From the NCBI GenBank assembly GCA_009602735.1, contig WELA01003597.1, positions 937,157 through 978,957 of the forward strand: a stretch of 41,801 nucleotides of DNA, written 5' to 3'. Below the pieces are notes generated by a model. That model saw only the letters and a program-made list of their open reading frames with translations, made no database searches and was not told where the DNA came from. Source of the stretch: Mesotaenium endlicherianum (Eukaryota). The translations under genes were made by a program, and so were the position numbers. Positions within the stretch are counted from its first letter, which is position 1. Each line of letters starts with the position of its first letter. Of the stretch, positions 1 to 11,072 are shown piece after piece.

Positions 1-1488
1 CTCCGCCGCCCACAGCGGGTCGGGCACGTCGATGTTCAGCTGGTTGGGGTAGCACGCTTGCAAGAGCTCGACCAACAGGGAGCTGCTGCTGCTGTTCCCG
101 TTGCCGCTGATGCCACCGCCGGACGAGCTACCCACGTCCGCCTCTTGCTCCTTCTCCTCTTGTCTGGGTGCCGCATCCATCGCTGCACCGCTGGTGCTGG
201 GGCCGCCACTGCCCGCCAGCAACGCCTGGCTCTCGGTCAGCGCCGACTTGCTGAGCTGGCAGGCGGTGCCGTTGATGCCGCGGTCCACGACGGCCTCCAC
301 CAGAAACGGCGACTGGTACAGCGCCAGGCTGAGGTTGTGCAGCGGAAACCTGTACATGAGCTTGTCGCCTCCCGTGAAGTTCTCCAGGACGACGTGGGGC
401 AGCCCCCGGGGGGCCTGCTTCCCCGGGGCCCGGGCTCCCCAGCTGTACACCCACCCCCTCAGAGTCGGCCACTTGGACGCGCCTGCTTCCTTCTCGCCGT
501 CGCCGCTCTCGTCGGCTGCCAAGCCCCTGGATGAGCTCGCTGCTTGCGCAGGCTGCCCGCCGGATGGCACCTCCACAGCACCGGCCAGCGCCATGGGGAG
601 CTCGGCTTCCGCGAGCATGCACACAAACGAGTCGAACGCGTTGGCGGCCGTCTGGTCGCCCACAAATGCGATGCTGCGGTTGCCCATGGCGTGCAGGAAC
701 GCGCGCGCGTCAAAGCGGGGCACAGTACACTGGCTAGGCTCCCAGCGCCAGCTGTCGGCGGCGGGCTCCAAGCCGTACTTATGGCAGTCCCAGTCATCGC
801 GCATGTAAGGACACATGGCGGAGTACAGCGGGCGGTCCGAGGAGCGCACCCACTTGCCGTCACCCACGTTACACGCCAGCGAGAATTCCGCCCGCCTGTC
901 CGGCCACACTGCACACACGCACACACACACACACACACACGCACACGCATATACACAAGCGCACGCACGCATGCACGCACGCACACAGCCATGAATGCAG
1001 GCAATTGGAGTCGAAGGGGAATGTGACCAATCAGTCTTGCATGTCTCTATTCCCTCCCCGCCCCTCAATTGTCAGGGAGACAGGCATCATCTTACCTGGA
1101 AAGATCATGCCCATGAGTAGCCAAGGGGCGAGAATGACATGCTCTTGCTGATTTGGGACTTGGAACCAGGCTCCTTCTCCTAAGAAGACATGTTCCGTCA
1201 ATGTGACTTTGCAGTGATCATGTATGAAAGCAGAGGATTGAGATATCCATGAATATATACATCTATTTATACATCTGACTAGGGGTTTGTGTTGGTTACA
1301 GGCCTGCCGCAAGTATGGGCAACAGCTGGACATCCAGCCACACCTTCCCAGCAGCAAGTCAAGAGTTCCACAAATTGCAGGCAAGGTACGACATGCGACT
1401 GATGCATCCACCTTTGGCTCGGATAGGACTTGTGGTGGCGCGGCGCACGTGGAAGAGAGAGAGCGAGGGAAATGGAGAAGGTGTGTGA

Positions 1489-1529
<41 letters not shown>

Positions 1530-4096
1530 GGGGGGGGGGGGGGAGGGGATTGTGCAGGTGAAGTGCGAGTACAGCATGGCGGCGTTCAGCACGGGCGAGC
1601 GGAGGCGGCGCACCAAGGGCGACCGGCGCAGCACCGAGATCTCGCTCGTCATCCGCAACACCATGGACGCCGCCATCCTCACGCACCTCATGCCGCGCAC
1701 GCAGGCGCGTAACCCTTCTCACTCCTTCCCCCCCCNNNNNNNNNNNNNNNNNNNNNNNNNNNNNNNNNNNNNNNNNNNNNNNNNNNNNNNNNNNNNNNNN
1801 NNNNNNNNNNNNNNNNNNNNNNNNNNNNNNNNNNNNNNNNNNNNNNNNNNNNNNNNNNNNNNNNNNNNNNNNNNNNNNNNNNNNNNNNNNNNNNNNNNNN
1901 NNNNNNNNNNNNNNNNNNNNNNNNNNNNNNNNNNNNNNNNNNNNNNNNNNNNNNNNNNNNNNNNNNNNNNNNNNNNNNNNNNNNNNNNNNNNNNNNNNNN
2001 NNNNNNNNNNNNNNNNNNNNNNNNNNNNNNNNNNNNNNNNNNNGGGGGGGGGGTGCTCACGTCCGTCGACAATGATGAGGTACAGCATGGTCCCCAGCAC
2101 GGCGGCAAATACGACAGCCAGCACGGGCACCACCTCCATCACCTTGTGCTGCCAGCATCCCCGCCAACCTCCTCCGCTGTCCCCACCACCCCGATGCAAC
2201 TGCTGCTGCTGCTGCTGCTGCGGCGGCTGCTGCGACTGCACCGCTGGCCCCCCGGCGACCTGCTGGCCCCATCCCTTGAACGACGCAGAGCCATCATAAG
2301 GGCCCTCTGAAGAAGAGCAGCCTCGGGGGTCCCGGTCCTCCGCCGCTGCGCCAGCGGCAGCTCCCCCATGAGAACTGGAGCCGGCAGTCACGGCCTCGCG
2401 CAGAGGCGATCGTGCCGTGGACAGCCGCAAGAGAGGCGAGAGGGGAGCCTTGGACGCAAAATAGGCTTCCGCATGCAGCGCGGGCGCGTCTGCCTCGTCG
2501 TCCGCAGCCAGCCTGCCGTCTAGAAGAGCCCTGTGCTGCTGCTGATGGGTGCTGCTGGAGCTGTCCAGTGATGAGTTGGACCCCCGCCGCACAAAGGGCA
2601 CGGGGTCCACCTCCACGCGCCACTCGTCCCGCCCGGAGCTTGAGGGCCTCTCCTCAGCGTCGTCGTCAACAGCAGCAGCTGTGGGGGGCTTGCTGGTGGC
2701 TCCCAGCAGAGGCACGAGCACGCTCGACTTGGGCATGCCCGCGCCTGGTGCGCCCTTGTCCGCCCCGAAGAGCACCCGGCTGATGCTGCTGATGGCAGGC
2801 GCCTGCGTGGTCTCTCTCTGAAACAGCCGCCTGCCAAACGTCTTCACGATGTTGAGGCCCTTGCTGCCAGCGGCTGCTGCATTCTCGCCAAGTGGCTCGA
2901 TCAGGTGCAGGGGGAACAGGGAGGATCGGCGCGTGGGGGGGATGCTGGCAGCTCGGGCCTCGCCTACGTCAGGCGTGTCTTCCCACGAGTCCACCTCCCA
3001 CACCCCATCTGCCACATCTTCTGCACAAACAAAACCCGCCTCAATGACAAAGGCATGAGGATAGAGCAAGGAGGAGGTGGAGGCTATATGCTGCCATCCC
3101 TCGACTGCATGGCTTCAGAAGTGCTTAGGAGTATGGCAAAAGGATGTCACATGTGACAAAGGAGCAACAGCGACGAGGCAGACTCATGCTGCCTCCCGCG
3201 GCCTAGCAGCAGCTCTTTACCCCATGACAGCAACAATCCCTGCCTCCTGCCAGAGGCTCAACCTCTGTCCCCTGCACCTCGCGTCAGCGCCACCAAGTAC
3301 TTGCAACAAGCAGTATGGGCACGTCGCAGTCCCCTAGAGTAGTAGCTTATTGACCACTGAGCAACAGACGAGTGAAAGGAACACTGTGCTCCTGCGAGTG
3401 ACAGAGCCACTGCATGTTCCTGTTGACCCGCGACAAACTTGCAAAATGCTTTCTGCAGCTTGACACACATTCAAACGCCCACCTGAAAAGTCCCATAATA
3501 AAGAAAGAAGAGTTTTTATAGGTCGTGGTACTGAACAGGAGAGCCCGGCCAAACCCCGTTGAACATTGCCCGTAATTCTCATGACCCTTACCAGACTTTC
3601 AGTATACCTGGTAGAATAACCAACAATGGATACATAGGCCCGAAGACTTCATACTAACCGTGGGAGACAGTGCACCTCGACAAAGGTGATTCTTTCTCAT
3701 ATCTACAACAGACACGTTCTCCCTTACCAAACGGAGCCCAATTATACGCCAAATATCACGTGCAGATATGACGTCATGCATTCCTCAGCCTACACCTTCT
3801 CACTGCCCTCAGGCTTCTTCCAGTGCTACAATGCCACTTCTAGATCCAGGACCAATAGCAGTATTTCTCGAAGGCCCCTGCCTCTCACAAGGTTTGAAGA
3901 GGTTGAGGTGAGGAGAAAAAGAGACATAGTCAACACTCCAAGAATATTTAGGTCTTGGAACAAGGTTACCCAAGAGTGAAAGAAGGGAGCATACAACAGT
4001 ATATTCCACTAGCCATTCCTCACTTATGTCCAGGAAATCACCTGCAAGCTCGTCATAAGCCTCGTCGATGCCCGCACTATTGCCAGAACTTTGCAT
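1..4096 (-). CDS. TBL: TRICHOME BIREFRINGENCE-LIKE (PMR5N + PC-esterase/DUF231) protein, type II membrane; 3' part lies outside the window
   Basis: Exon 908..<1 translates to CNVGDGKWVRSSDRPLYSAMCPYMRDDWDCHKYG..WRWEPSQCTVPRFDARAFLHAMGNRSIAFVGDQTAANAFDSFVCML, the TBL signature. Exon 3020..2061 gives a long low-complexity N-tail plus a TM helix (VVPVLAVVFAAVLGTMLYLIIV) and ends at a phase-1 GT matching the phase-1 AG at 909-910. Putative first exon 4096..4024 (MQSSGNSAG..., phase 1) is less certain. Confidence 0.85.
911..986 (+). repeat. (CA)n/(CACG)n microsatellite, read as (GT)n just before the TBL intron acceptor
   Basis: Direct reading: gcacacacgcacacacacacacacacacgcacacgc... Confidence 0.9.
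1481..1548 (+). repeat. (GT)n(GA)n(G)n compound microsatellite
   Basis: Direct reading of the sequence. Confidence 0.9.
1558..1704 (+). CDS. RRP41: Single internal exon of exosome complex RNase PH subunit RRP41
   Basis: VKCEYSMAAFSTGERRRRTKGDRRSTEISLVIRNTMDAAILTHLMPRTQ closely matches plant RRP41 (CEYSMAxFSTGxRRR...DRRSTExSLVIRxTM). AG acceptor at 1556-1557, probable GC donor at 1705. No other RRP41 exon seen. Confidence 0.85.
1736..2043. other. Assembly gap (N run)
   Basis: Run of N flanked by a C-run and a G-run. Confidence 1.
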
Positions 4097-5085
4097 TATA
4101 ATATCCTTGACGCTACTTAACTTACAAGTTTACGTCAGGCTCGTTTCTAGATGGTAAGTCAACCAAAAATAACTACAAACTATTTGCTGTAGAGTTGCTG
4201 CGTCAGGTCATTAGGAGCTACTATATTCATATGATTGAGACTTTCACACAGAATCATAAAGATAGCATCTGTACATGTCTGCCTAACTGCATATGCTTTC
4301 ACGACGCACTCTCAGCGACAGAAGGCGTATGATGTGCACCTTATTTGGGACCATCCCCCTATGAAAAAGCAGCACCTGGAATGGTGGAAGCCGTGCAGGT
4401 GGATGTTTGACATGGTTTGACGTGTGTGAGCATGTGCCTCGTCTGGCCTCGCCTGGTCTCGCCTGGTCTCGCCTGGTCCGACGAGGCGCCAGTACATTGT
4501 CGTTGGCAATCAGTGGACTATTGTAAGTTCGTACAGCGCGAGGGATGTGCCCAGGTCAAGGTTGCCCGTCCGGAATAGACCGGGATGTCCAGAACGTTTG
4601 GAACTTGCCCGTCAACCTGCATCAACCTGGCCATCATAAGTGGAAATTCGTACCATTTGTACCAATAGCTCCTGACAACCTCAACGTTAACAGGAAAGGC
4701 GTCCAACGTCGTAAATATCTAATCAGGTCAATCTAATAGTAGTCGGCGTCGTGTTCGCAGGAAAATAAAAGGGCCTGTTCCTTATAGGGTGCTTATCTCA
4801 AGCTCTTTAAGAAGAAGAGGAAAGACCGGATCAAGGGAAATAGATGCAAGCAGATACTAGAGAAAGACTACCATAGGTTCTCAATGCTCCATCTTTCACA
4901 TTAATCTTGTGTTGATAAATACGCCTCTGATACTATGAGGGAGGTCGGAAAAGGAGTAAGTTAGAATTAAGACTGTGGAGAGTTCTACTAGCGAAGCCTG
5001 TTACTTTTGATTGAGTTTTGATATTTCTCCTACTTATCAGTTGCCCGCAGAAAGGCAGGATCACTTGAGAGAATAGTGCCCCGTT

Positions 5086-8000
5086 ATGGCTTCTCTTACC
5101 TGTGGGCAAGCATTTGCAACCTGTCTTTTGGTTATAAGCCCTGTCAATGGGCTCAGCTCTCTTAACCCCACGCCTTGCTGTTCATTGCCATGCCCTGCCG
5201 GCCCTACTCCACGTACAACTCGTACACATCTCGGCATCTCCTGCGATGCTACCCCCAAATATTCGAGAGGTGATTCTCCCGGCGAATATGGAGGACCGCC
5301 TATAGATGTTCGTCCGAGGAAGGTCTGGGGGGGTGACAATAAGGACCCTATATCAAACAAAGAGGAATATATATGGAATACGGAGTGGATGAAGAGGTTG
5401 GACCTAGAAGAAAGGCAGGCTACAGCAGCTAGAGAGGCAGAAGAGAGGAAGAAACAGGTATTCCGAGCTATGGGGACATCTTTCTTTTGAAACTGGGCCG
5501 TTTTGGTCTTCATCATTTAGAAGGCCATGCATGCGTGCTTGGATCGAAACGGGTCATCGAGCTGTTGCTGTGGGGAGCTCCTCAAACATCTCGTGTTAGC
5601 CTTACAGGATTGGTGGCTCCCTTTGGCCTGAGGCCTAAATATTGACTATTGCCAGTCTGTAGCTCCTCTTTTCTACTCATGAATTAGATGGTCAAAATGT
5701 CAGCTAGCCAGCAGAGATAAATGTGGGGCGTGGGTTGGAGTCATAGAGACTACTGTGGCGGAGACAGAGGTGTCAATACAAATTTGGATGCAAGCAAGCA
5801 AGGGGCCTGCTGCTGAGGGAGGGCTCTCACGTGGGGGGGGTGCCTGGACGCGCAGGGCAAGGAGAAGGACTCAGGGTTTCTCAGTTTGGGCAGGTCGCTT
5901 GCCCTTGACAGGTATGCTCCCGCTCACGCTCACTCCTGCCTGCCTGCCTGCTGAATCATCATCGTCATGGTGGTGTTCGTAATGCCCCAAAAGCTACGAT
6001 GAAGGCGTGGTCGAGTTGAGGCATGTCTGAGGTCACCCACATCAGAACACCAGTGCCAGGTAAGCGGAGGAAGGCAGACAGCACGTTCTGAAGCGCGATA
6101 GGTAGTGGGGTGATTGGGAGGGCTCAGTATAGAAGTGGACCTGAGCGCCGAGCTCAATCAGCCCTCCAAGGCAACTCTGGAGCGCCAGGTGGCAGCTGCT
6201 CGACAGGTGGCCCTTGATGTAAGAGACCTCCCACTTGCAGAACTTTCAGAGCATGGAAGGGTGGAATGCGCAGCGCTGAAGGAGCAGCAGCACACTCAGC
6301 AAGGGCGTGGCTGAGGGGGTGAGGGGGGCACAGGAGGAGAGGAAGAGGCAAGCGGATGTCGACAAGGTGAAGTGGCAGTATGCTCCCACGCGCAAAGAGG
6401 AGGCCAAGTGGCAGAACGACAGCAAGTTCACCGTGGGCGGCACTGTATGACCCCCTCCTTGGCTCTGTCCCAACAACCGAGTCCTAGCTGTGTCTCTCTT
6501 GCGTGCGTGCGTCCGTCCATGAGCCTGCAGCAGCAGGAAGAAGTTGAAACACCTCTCTTTTTCGATACTGCAGTCCCGCCCGCTCTTGTTCTGCCCGTCT
6601 TAGGTGGCAGGTAGGCAGACAGGCAGGCTACATGGGGCAGGGCAAGGGTGCTCACTCTTGCAGTTACGTGCTTGATGTGAGGGGGGGTGGCAGAGCACGC
6701 TGCTCAAGATCCCGGCGCACGTGAAGCGCGACCCTGATGCGGACAAGCTGGCCGAGTGGGAGGCCGGCAACAAGAAGTTTCTCAAGGTGCGCCCCCCCCC
6801 CTCCGCCACCACCACCGGGAGGAGGAGGTGTTATTCATTAACCAGCTGCCTGTTGCTATCTCCAACAAACTCGGGCCCTCAGGCTGTGCCTCGCTGCTGC
6901 TGGGGGGGGAGGGGAGGGGGGCGCACAGCTCAAGGACGACTTGCAGCTGTACACGCTGGGCATCGGCGGCGCGTGCGCTGTTAGCGCCTGCTTCACCTAC
7001 AGCCCGCAAGTGGGCGCCAGGTGCGCGCACGCGGGCTTGCCCGACCCCCCTCCTCTCACTTCTCCTGCAGTTAGCAGCTGCAACGGCAGTCGGAGCTGCA
7101 CGTAGCTGCAACAGTAGCTGGCCGCTTTGACGTGTGTTGGGGAGGGGAGGAGGGTGGGTGCAGCTACACGGCGGGGCTGGTGGGGGCGCTGGCGTACATC
7201 CGCATGCTGAGCAACAGCGTGGAGTCCGTGGGTGCCTCCTCCCTGGCTGCGGGCGTCAAGTAAGCTGGGCGCTTCTCCCCCTCCTGACGCTGTTCTGTCC
7301 TCACTGGGAGCAGAAGATGGAGGGGAAGAGGGAAGCATGGAACCTGCTGCTATTTGGGCGCCAGCTGTCTGTCTATCTGTAACTGATTGATGTTTCTCAC
7401 TTGAGGCCCAGTCTTACCACTTCTGAAAAACCGACTGCAGTCAGGCAAGTGGGGGAGGGGGCATATGTGGCACCTTCAGCCGCATCGTGATCATCAGGGC
7501 CTGTTGAGCGCGCTCTGCTGTTGTTGGAAATTGTTCGTCAGAGGCTGCTCGCAGAGAGAGGACTTGCAGTGCAGCACTAGAAGTAGGAGCTGGTCTGGTG
7601 GTAGATGATCAATGCCCCTCAAGCACACTGGCTGGGGCTTCTCCTCGTCACCTGTCATGCATGTCCTGCGCAAGGGGGGGGGGCAGAAGTCTCTGCGTAT
7701 GTTTGTTCTCTGAGGGGGGTCAGAGTGCGTTCTTGTGAGTGAGCAGGGGGGCGCTGGGGCAACAGAGGATGCTGGTGCCGGTGGTGCTCGTCATGGCCTT
7801 CAACCGCTGGAACGCGTGCGTCTCTCTCCTCTTCCCTCTTCCAACTTCAAGGGGGGCGCAACTACAGTTTCCTGTCCTCTTACGCCTTATGATGGTCTAG
7901 GCTCTTGCTGCCACTGTCGTGGTGTCCAAATTCATGGGGCCAGCTTCTGTCATGCAGTGTGAGTGTAGCGATAAGTAAGCTTTGTCTCTCCCTGCTATTG

Positions 8001-8158
8001 TGTGATGGGTCTGCAGAATTGTGGCTCTGCAATATGATGTGATGCCACTGGAGCTCATACCTATGCTCATTGGCTTTTTCACATACAAGGCGGCCACGCT
8101 TGTGCAAACTTTTCAAGAAGTGCTGGCACCTTACGAGCCAAAGCAGGGCGACCTGTGA
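5086..8158 (+). CDS. CGL160: CGL160, chloroplast ATP synthase assembly factor (Atp1/UncI-like C-terminal membrane domain)
   Basis: Exons 5086-5457, 5856-5911, 6128-6218, 6334-6444, 6694-6786, 6929-7020, 7164-7259, 7747-7815, 8017-8158, all GT-AG with consistent phases. Motifs PGEYGGPP..RKVWGG..DPI, SGFLS, W.YAPTRKEE.KW, AYIRML.NSV, RMLVPVVLVMAFNRWN, LELIPMLIGFFTYK. Transit-peptide-like N-terminus. Confidence 0.93.
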
Positions 8159-8881
8159 TGTTGGATAACTTATGCCAACGTACACATAAGATTAGACAAA
8201 AAAAACAGTTATCTCTATGTGCACTACATCGTCTACCCGTATCACGTGCAAGTCCTCATACTTGGAGTCATACGAAGGCTCTGTTTGACAAGGCACAAAG
8301 TTGCATGCATTCAGGAGAAGTGTTGAGTACAAGTGCTGCATGAAAGCATTCCAAATGTTACGCGATGTTTTTGAACTCACTTCACGCTGCACTAGAAGAG
8401 TGCTTTCCCCCTTTCGTATATACCTGAAAGTCTCATAGTCCACTGGCAATTGACCTTGAGGTTGAGATGGTCTCATCCCCACAACACAGTGTAAATTCTC
8501 CTCTCTACTACCCGATGCCTTTCAGTAAGGAACACTAGTCCACTAGCTTGCCGCAATTCTGCGAGGTTGCCTATTGCCAGCGCCCAACATCTCTTCTTGA
8601 TGTCTCTGAGAAGAAGCAATGCGAACACAGACAGAAGGGTGTGGTGTGGTCAGGAGTGCATGCATAAGCAAGCAGGTATCGAGTATTACTGCCGTCTATA
8701 TAGTACCGATGTTACACAAGCAGCTGTAAAACTGCTATATGTCCTTTATGTATATATGCAACCCTTGAACTAAATGAGTAGTACTACCTCTATACCTCCA
8801 CCCCAGTTTCTACAGCTTGGTCAGCTCAAGGCTTGGGCAATTCCATCACCTGTGGGCTCCCTTAGAGGTAAGAGTGATGAT

Positions 8882-11072
8882 CTAATGGCGTCTCACAGCA
8901 GCTCTCGTGAAAATCCAAAGGGTTGGTAAGAAAAGAAAGAATGTGATGATAGCGAAAGTAGCGGCAGTACGGGTGCGCACGCAGTAGGTCGAGAATATGA
9001 ATGAACCCTGCCGCCCACCCAATCACATCATCCATGCGTTCAGTCAAGGCCAACACGTGAAAATAAAAGCTAGCCATCGAAAAATGAAAACGTGTGTGTA
9101 ACGTCAAGCTGTGGGCCAGGACTCGGCCCCGTGAATGAACATCCATCCATCCATCCTCTTGAGGTTAGCCTCACTCCCGAAAACTGCTCAGCGGTTGCTC
9201 AAGTCTGCACAACACGTTGCAGTATGTCTTCCATTGCACAAATACCCAGCCGCCTCTGGTGGACATGCGTGTTCGTAGAGAACCCGCCGGCTAAGTCTTA
9301 AATAAGCAATGGCGACATCATCTGCATTTCTCAAGTCCCACTGCAGCAGGCGTATGGCACTGACCTGGCAGTACCCGGCAAGGACACCTGTCCCTCTATC
9401 AGCGAAGGTGATCAAAGCGGCGGCAGCAGCCCCGCCAGCCAGGACAAACCACGTCATGATCTGCCATCCACCAATAACACCAGCATCCACAACTGAACAC
9501 ATGCGGCGGCCGCATGGTGGCAGTCCCCCACTCCGGCAGCGGTTGCAGCAGCATGGCACCTGCCAGGCATGGTGGCCGCTCGGACAGGCGGGCTTACCAG
9601 CTGCAGTTGTTGGCAACGGCGGAGCACTCACAAATTCGAGGGTGAGCAGGGTGCAGCGCCTTCCGGAGGCGGATATGAGGAGGCTGATGTTGTACAATAG
9701 GCGACCCAGCGCCCATGCGCCCGTGATGACTGTGGTCGCCACCAAGAACCGGTACGCCTGTGCATTCCCCCACCACAACCACTCCATCGCCCTCACTGAA
9801 AATGGATAAACTAAGAAAACAGGCCTCCTCAGCTCCAGTGGGAGCTGACGGATCAGAAGCGGTGCTCGTTTGCGCACAGCTACACTTGTAGTGCAGTGAG
9901 ATATGATATCCTGGTGCCAAATTCATGACAATTGAACAAAGATCCCACACCAGCACGAGGCTCAGCCTCAGCCTCAGCCTCAGCCCAAGCCCAACCCCAC
10001 AGGCAGCTGCCGTATCTTCTACGTGGAGGGCAAGCAGCAGCTATACATTCTGGGAGGACGGAAGGACAGGACAAACTGACGAGAAAGTCGGAGAAGAGGA
10101 GGCCATTGTGGGAGGCGGACGCCATCACAGAGAACGCGATGATAGCCGTTGCCAGCTGCAGGCAGCGCCAGAAGATCTCCCAGCCGCGGCGTCCCACGGC
10201 CAGCACCGTGCCCACAGACGCCTTGGCCGCCCGCCCCACCTTATCTGCACGCCCCTCTTGCCCGCCCGGATGAGGTCGCGTGCACAACCACTCGAGTCTG
10301 TCACCAGGAGCTGGGTCCAGTGGGCACCAAGTGGCAAAAAGAGGCAGCTCTTGTGATTTGAATCTGACAGACTAAGCGACCAAGTGCAAGAGGAACCGAC
10401 ATGGGCAAAGCCTGCGGGCCTGCCTGAGGCCAAACCTCATGACAGTGCGACAGGAGAGCCAGCCAGAGACACACAGCCACCAGAGCATGAGAAATGAAAC
10501 ATCGTGAACAAGAATGCACTTGCCATATCAACAGAACATTGGGGGTTGCCACGCAGTATCTCAGGCCCACCCAGAAGGAGGAGGAGGAGAAAGGATCAAC
10601 AAAGATATCAACCACTCGCAAACGTGGAGATGTGAGGAGTCAGTTGACCATGGATCACCCAGAATCACCTGTGTGAATGCCGACTTTTCCCAGAGAGGGC
10701 GGACCGCCAGCAGGCGCTGCCCGAGCTCCTCCTGCTGCTGTAGCAGTCCCCTGCTGCTGCACCGGTGCTGTCACACCGCCAGGTGGCGGGCCAGGAGGCA
10801 CTGACCTCGGCATGGGAGTAGGCCGAATGGGCGGAGCCTCGACATCCTTCTCCTGCACTCCTGCTGCCACACACAAGGATGACCATGATATGACGACAAA
10901 ACAATCTTCTGAGTTTCCACCTTATATTTGTACAACAGCATGTTTTCTATATGGTATACAACACTTCTCAGGCCATAATACAAATCTAAGACTGCAGATA
11001 TGTAAGCGAGTACGTAGTGGCTTGATTGCATCCAGGTAGTTGCTATGATGACCCAGTACCTTCTTCAGCCAT
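8882..11072 (-). CDS. CASPL: CASP-like (DUF588/MARVEL-related) four-TM protein 1
   Basis: Exons 11072-11060, 10860-10669, 10244-10081, 9757-9632, 9460-9365, 9007-8882 with consistent phases. Product: RCLQLATAIIAFSVMAS..FSDFLAYRFLVATTVI..AW...AGGAAAAALITF..YCQ....FSTYCVR...AA.FAIITF. The 13-nt first exon is the least certain. Confidence 0.82.
9961..9985 (+). repeat. (CTCAGC)4 hexanucleotide repeat in an intron
   Basis: ctcagcctcagcctcagcctcagcc. Confidence 0.85.

Noticed and set aside
58..1026. Several plus-strand ORFs of 150-235 aa
   Set aside because: Antisense shadows of the GC-rich TBL exon; no recognisable motifs
1096..1179. Possible extra phase-1 TBL exon on the minus strand (TAG|GAGAAGG...CCAG|GTAAG)
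   Set aside because: Splice signals and phase fit, but the peptide has no family support; cannot be decided without RNA data
1279..3069. 596-aa minus ORF as a single gene
   Set aside because: Runs through an N gap, intron sequence and the antisense of the RRP41 exon; only 2061-3020 looks coding
4442..4478. (CTGGTCTCGC)x3 short tandem repeat between the TBL and CGL160 starts
   Set aside because: Too short to support any function; no spacers, so not CRISPR
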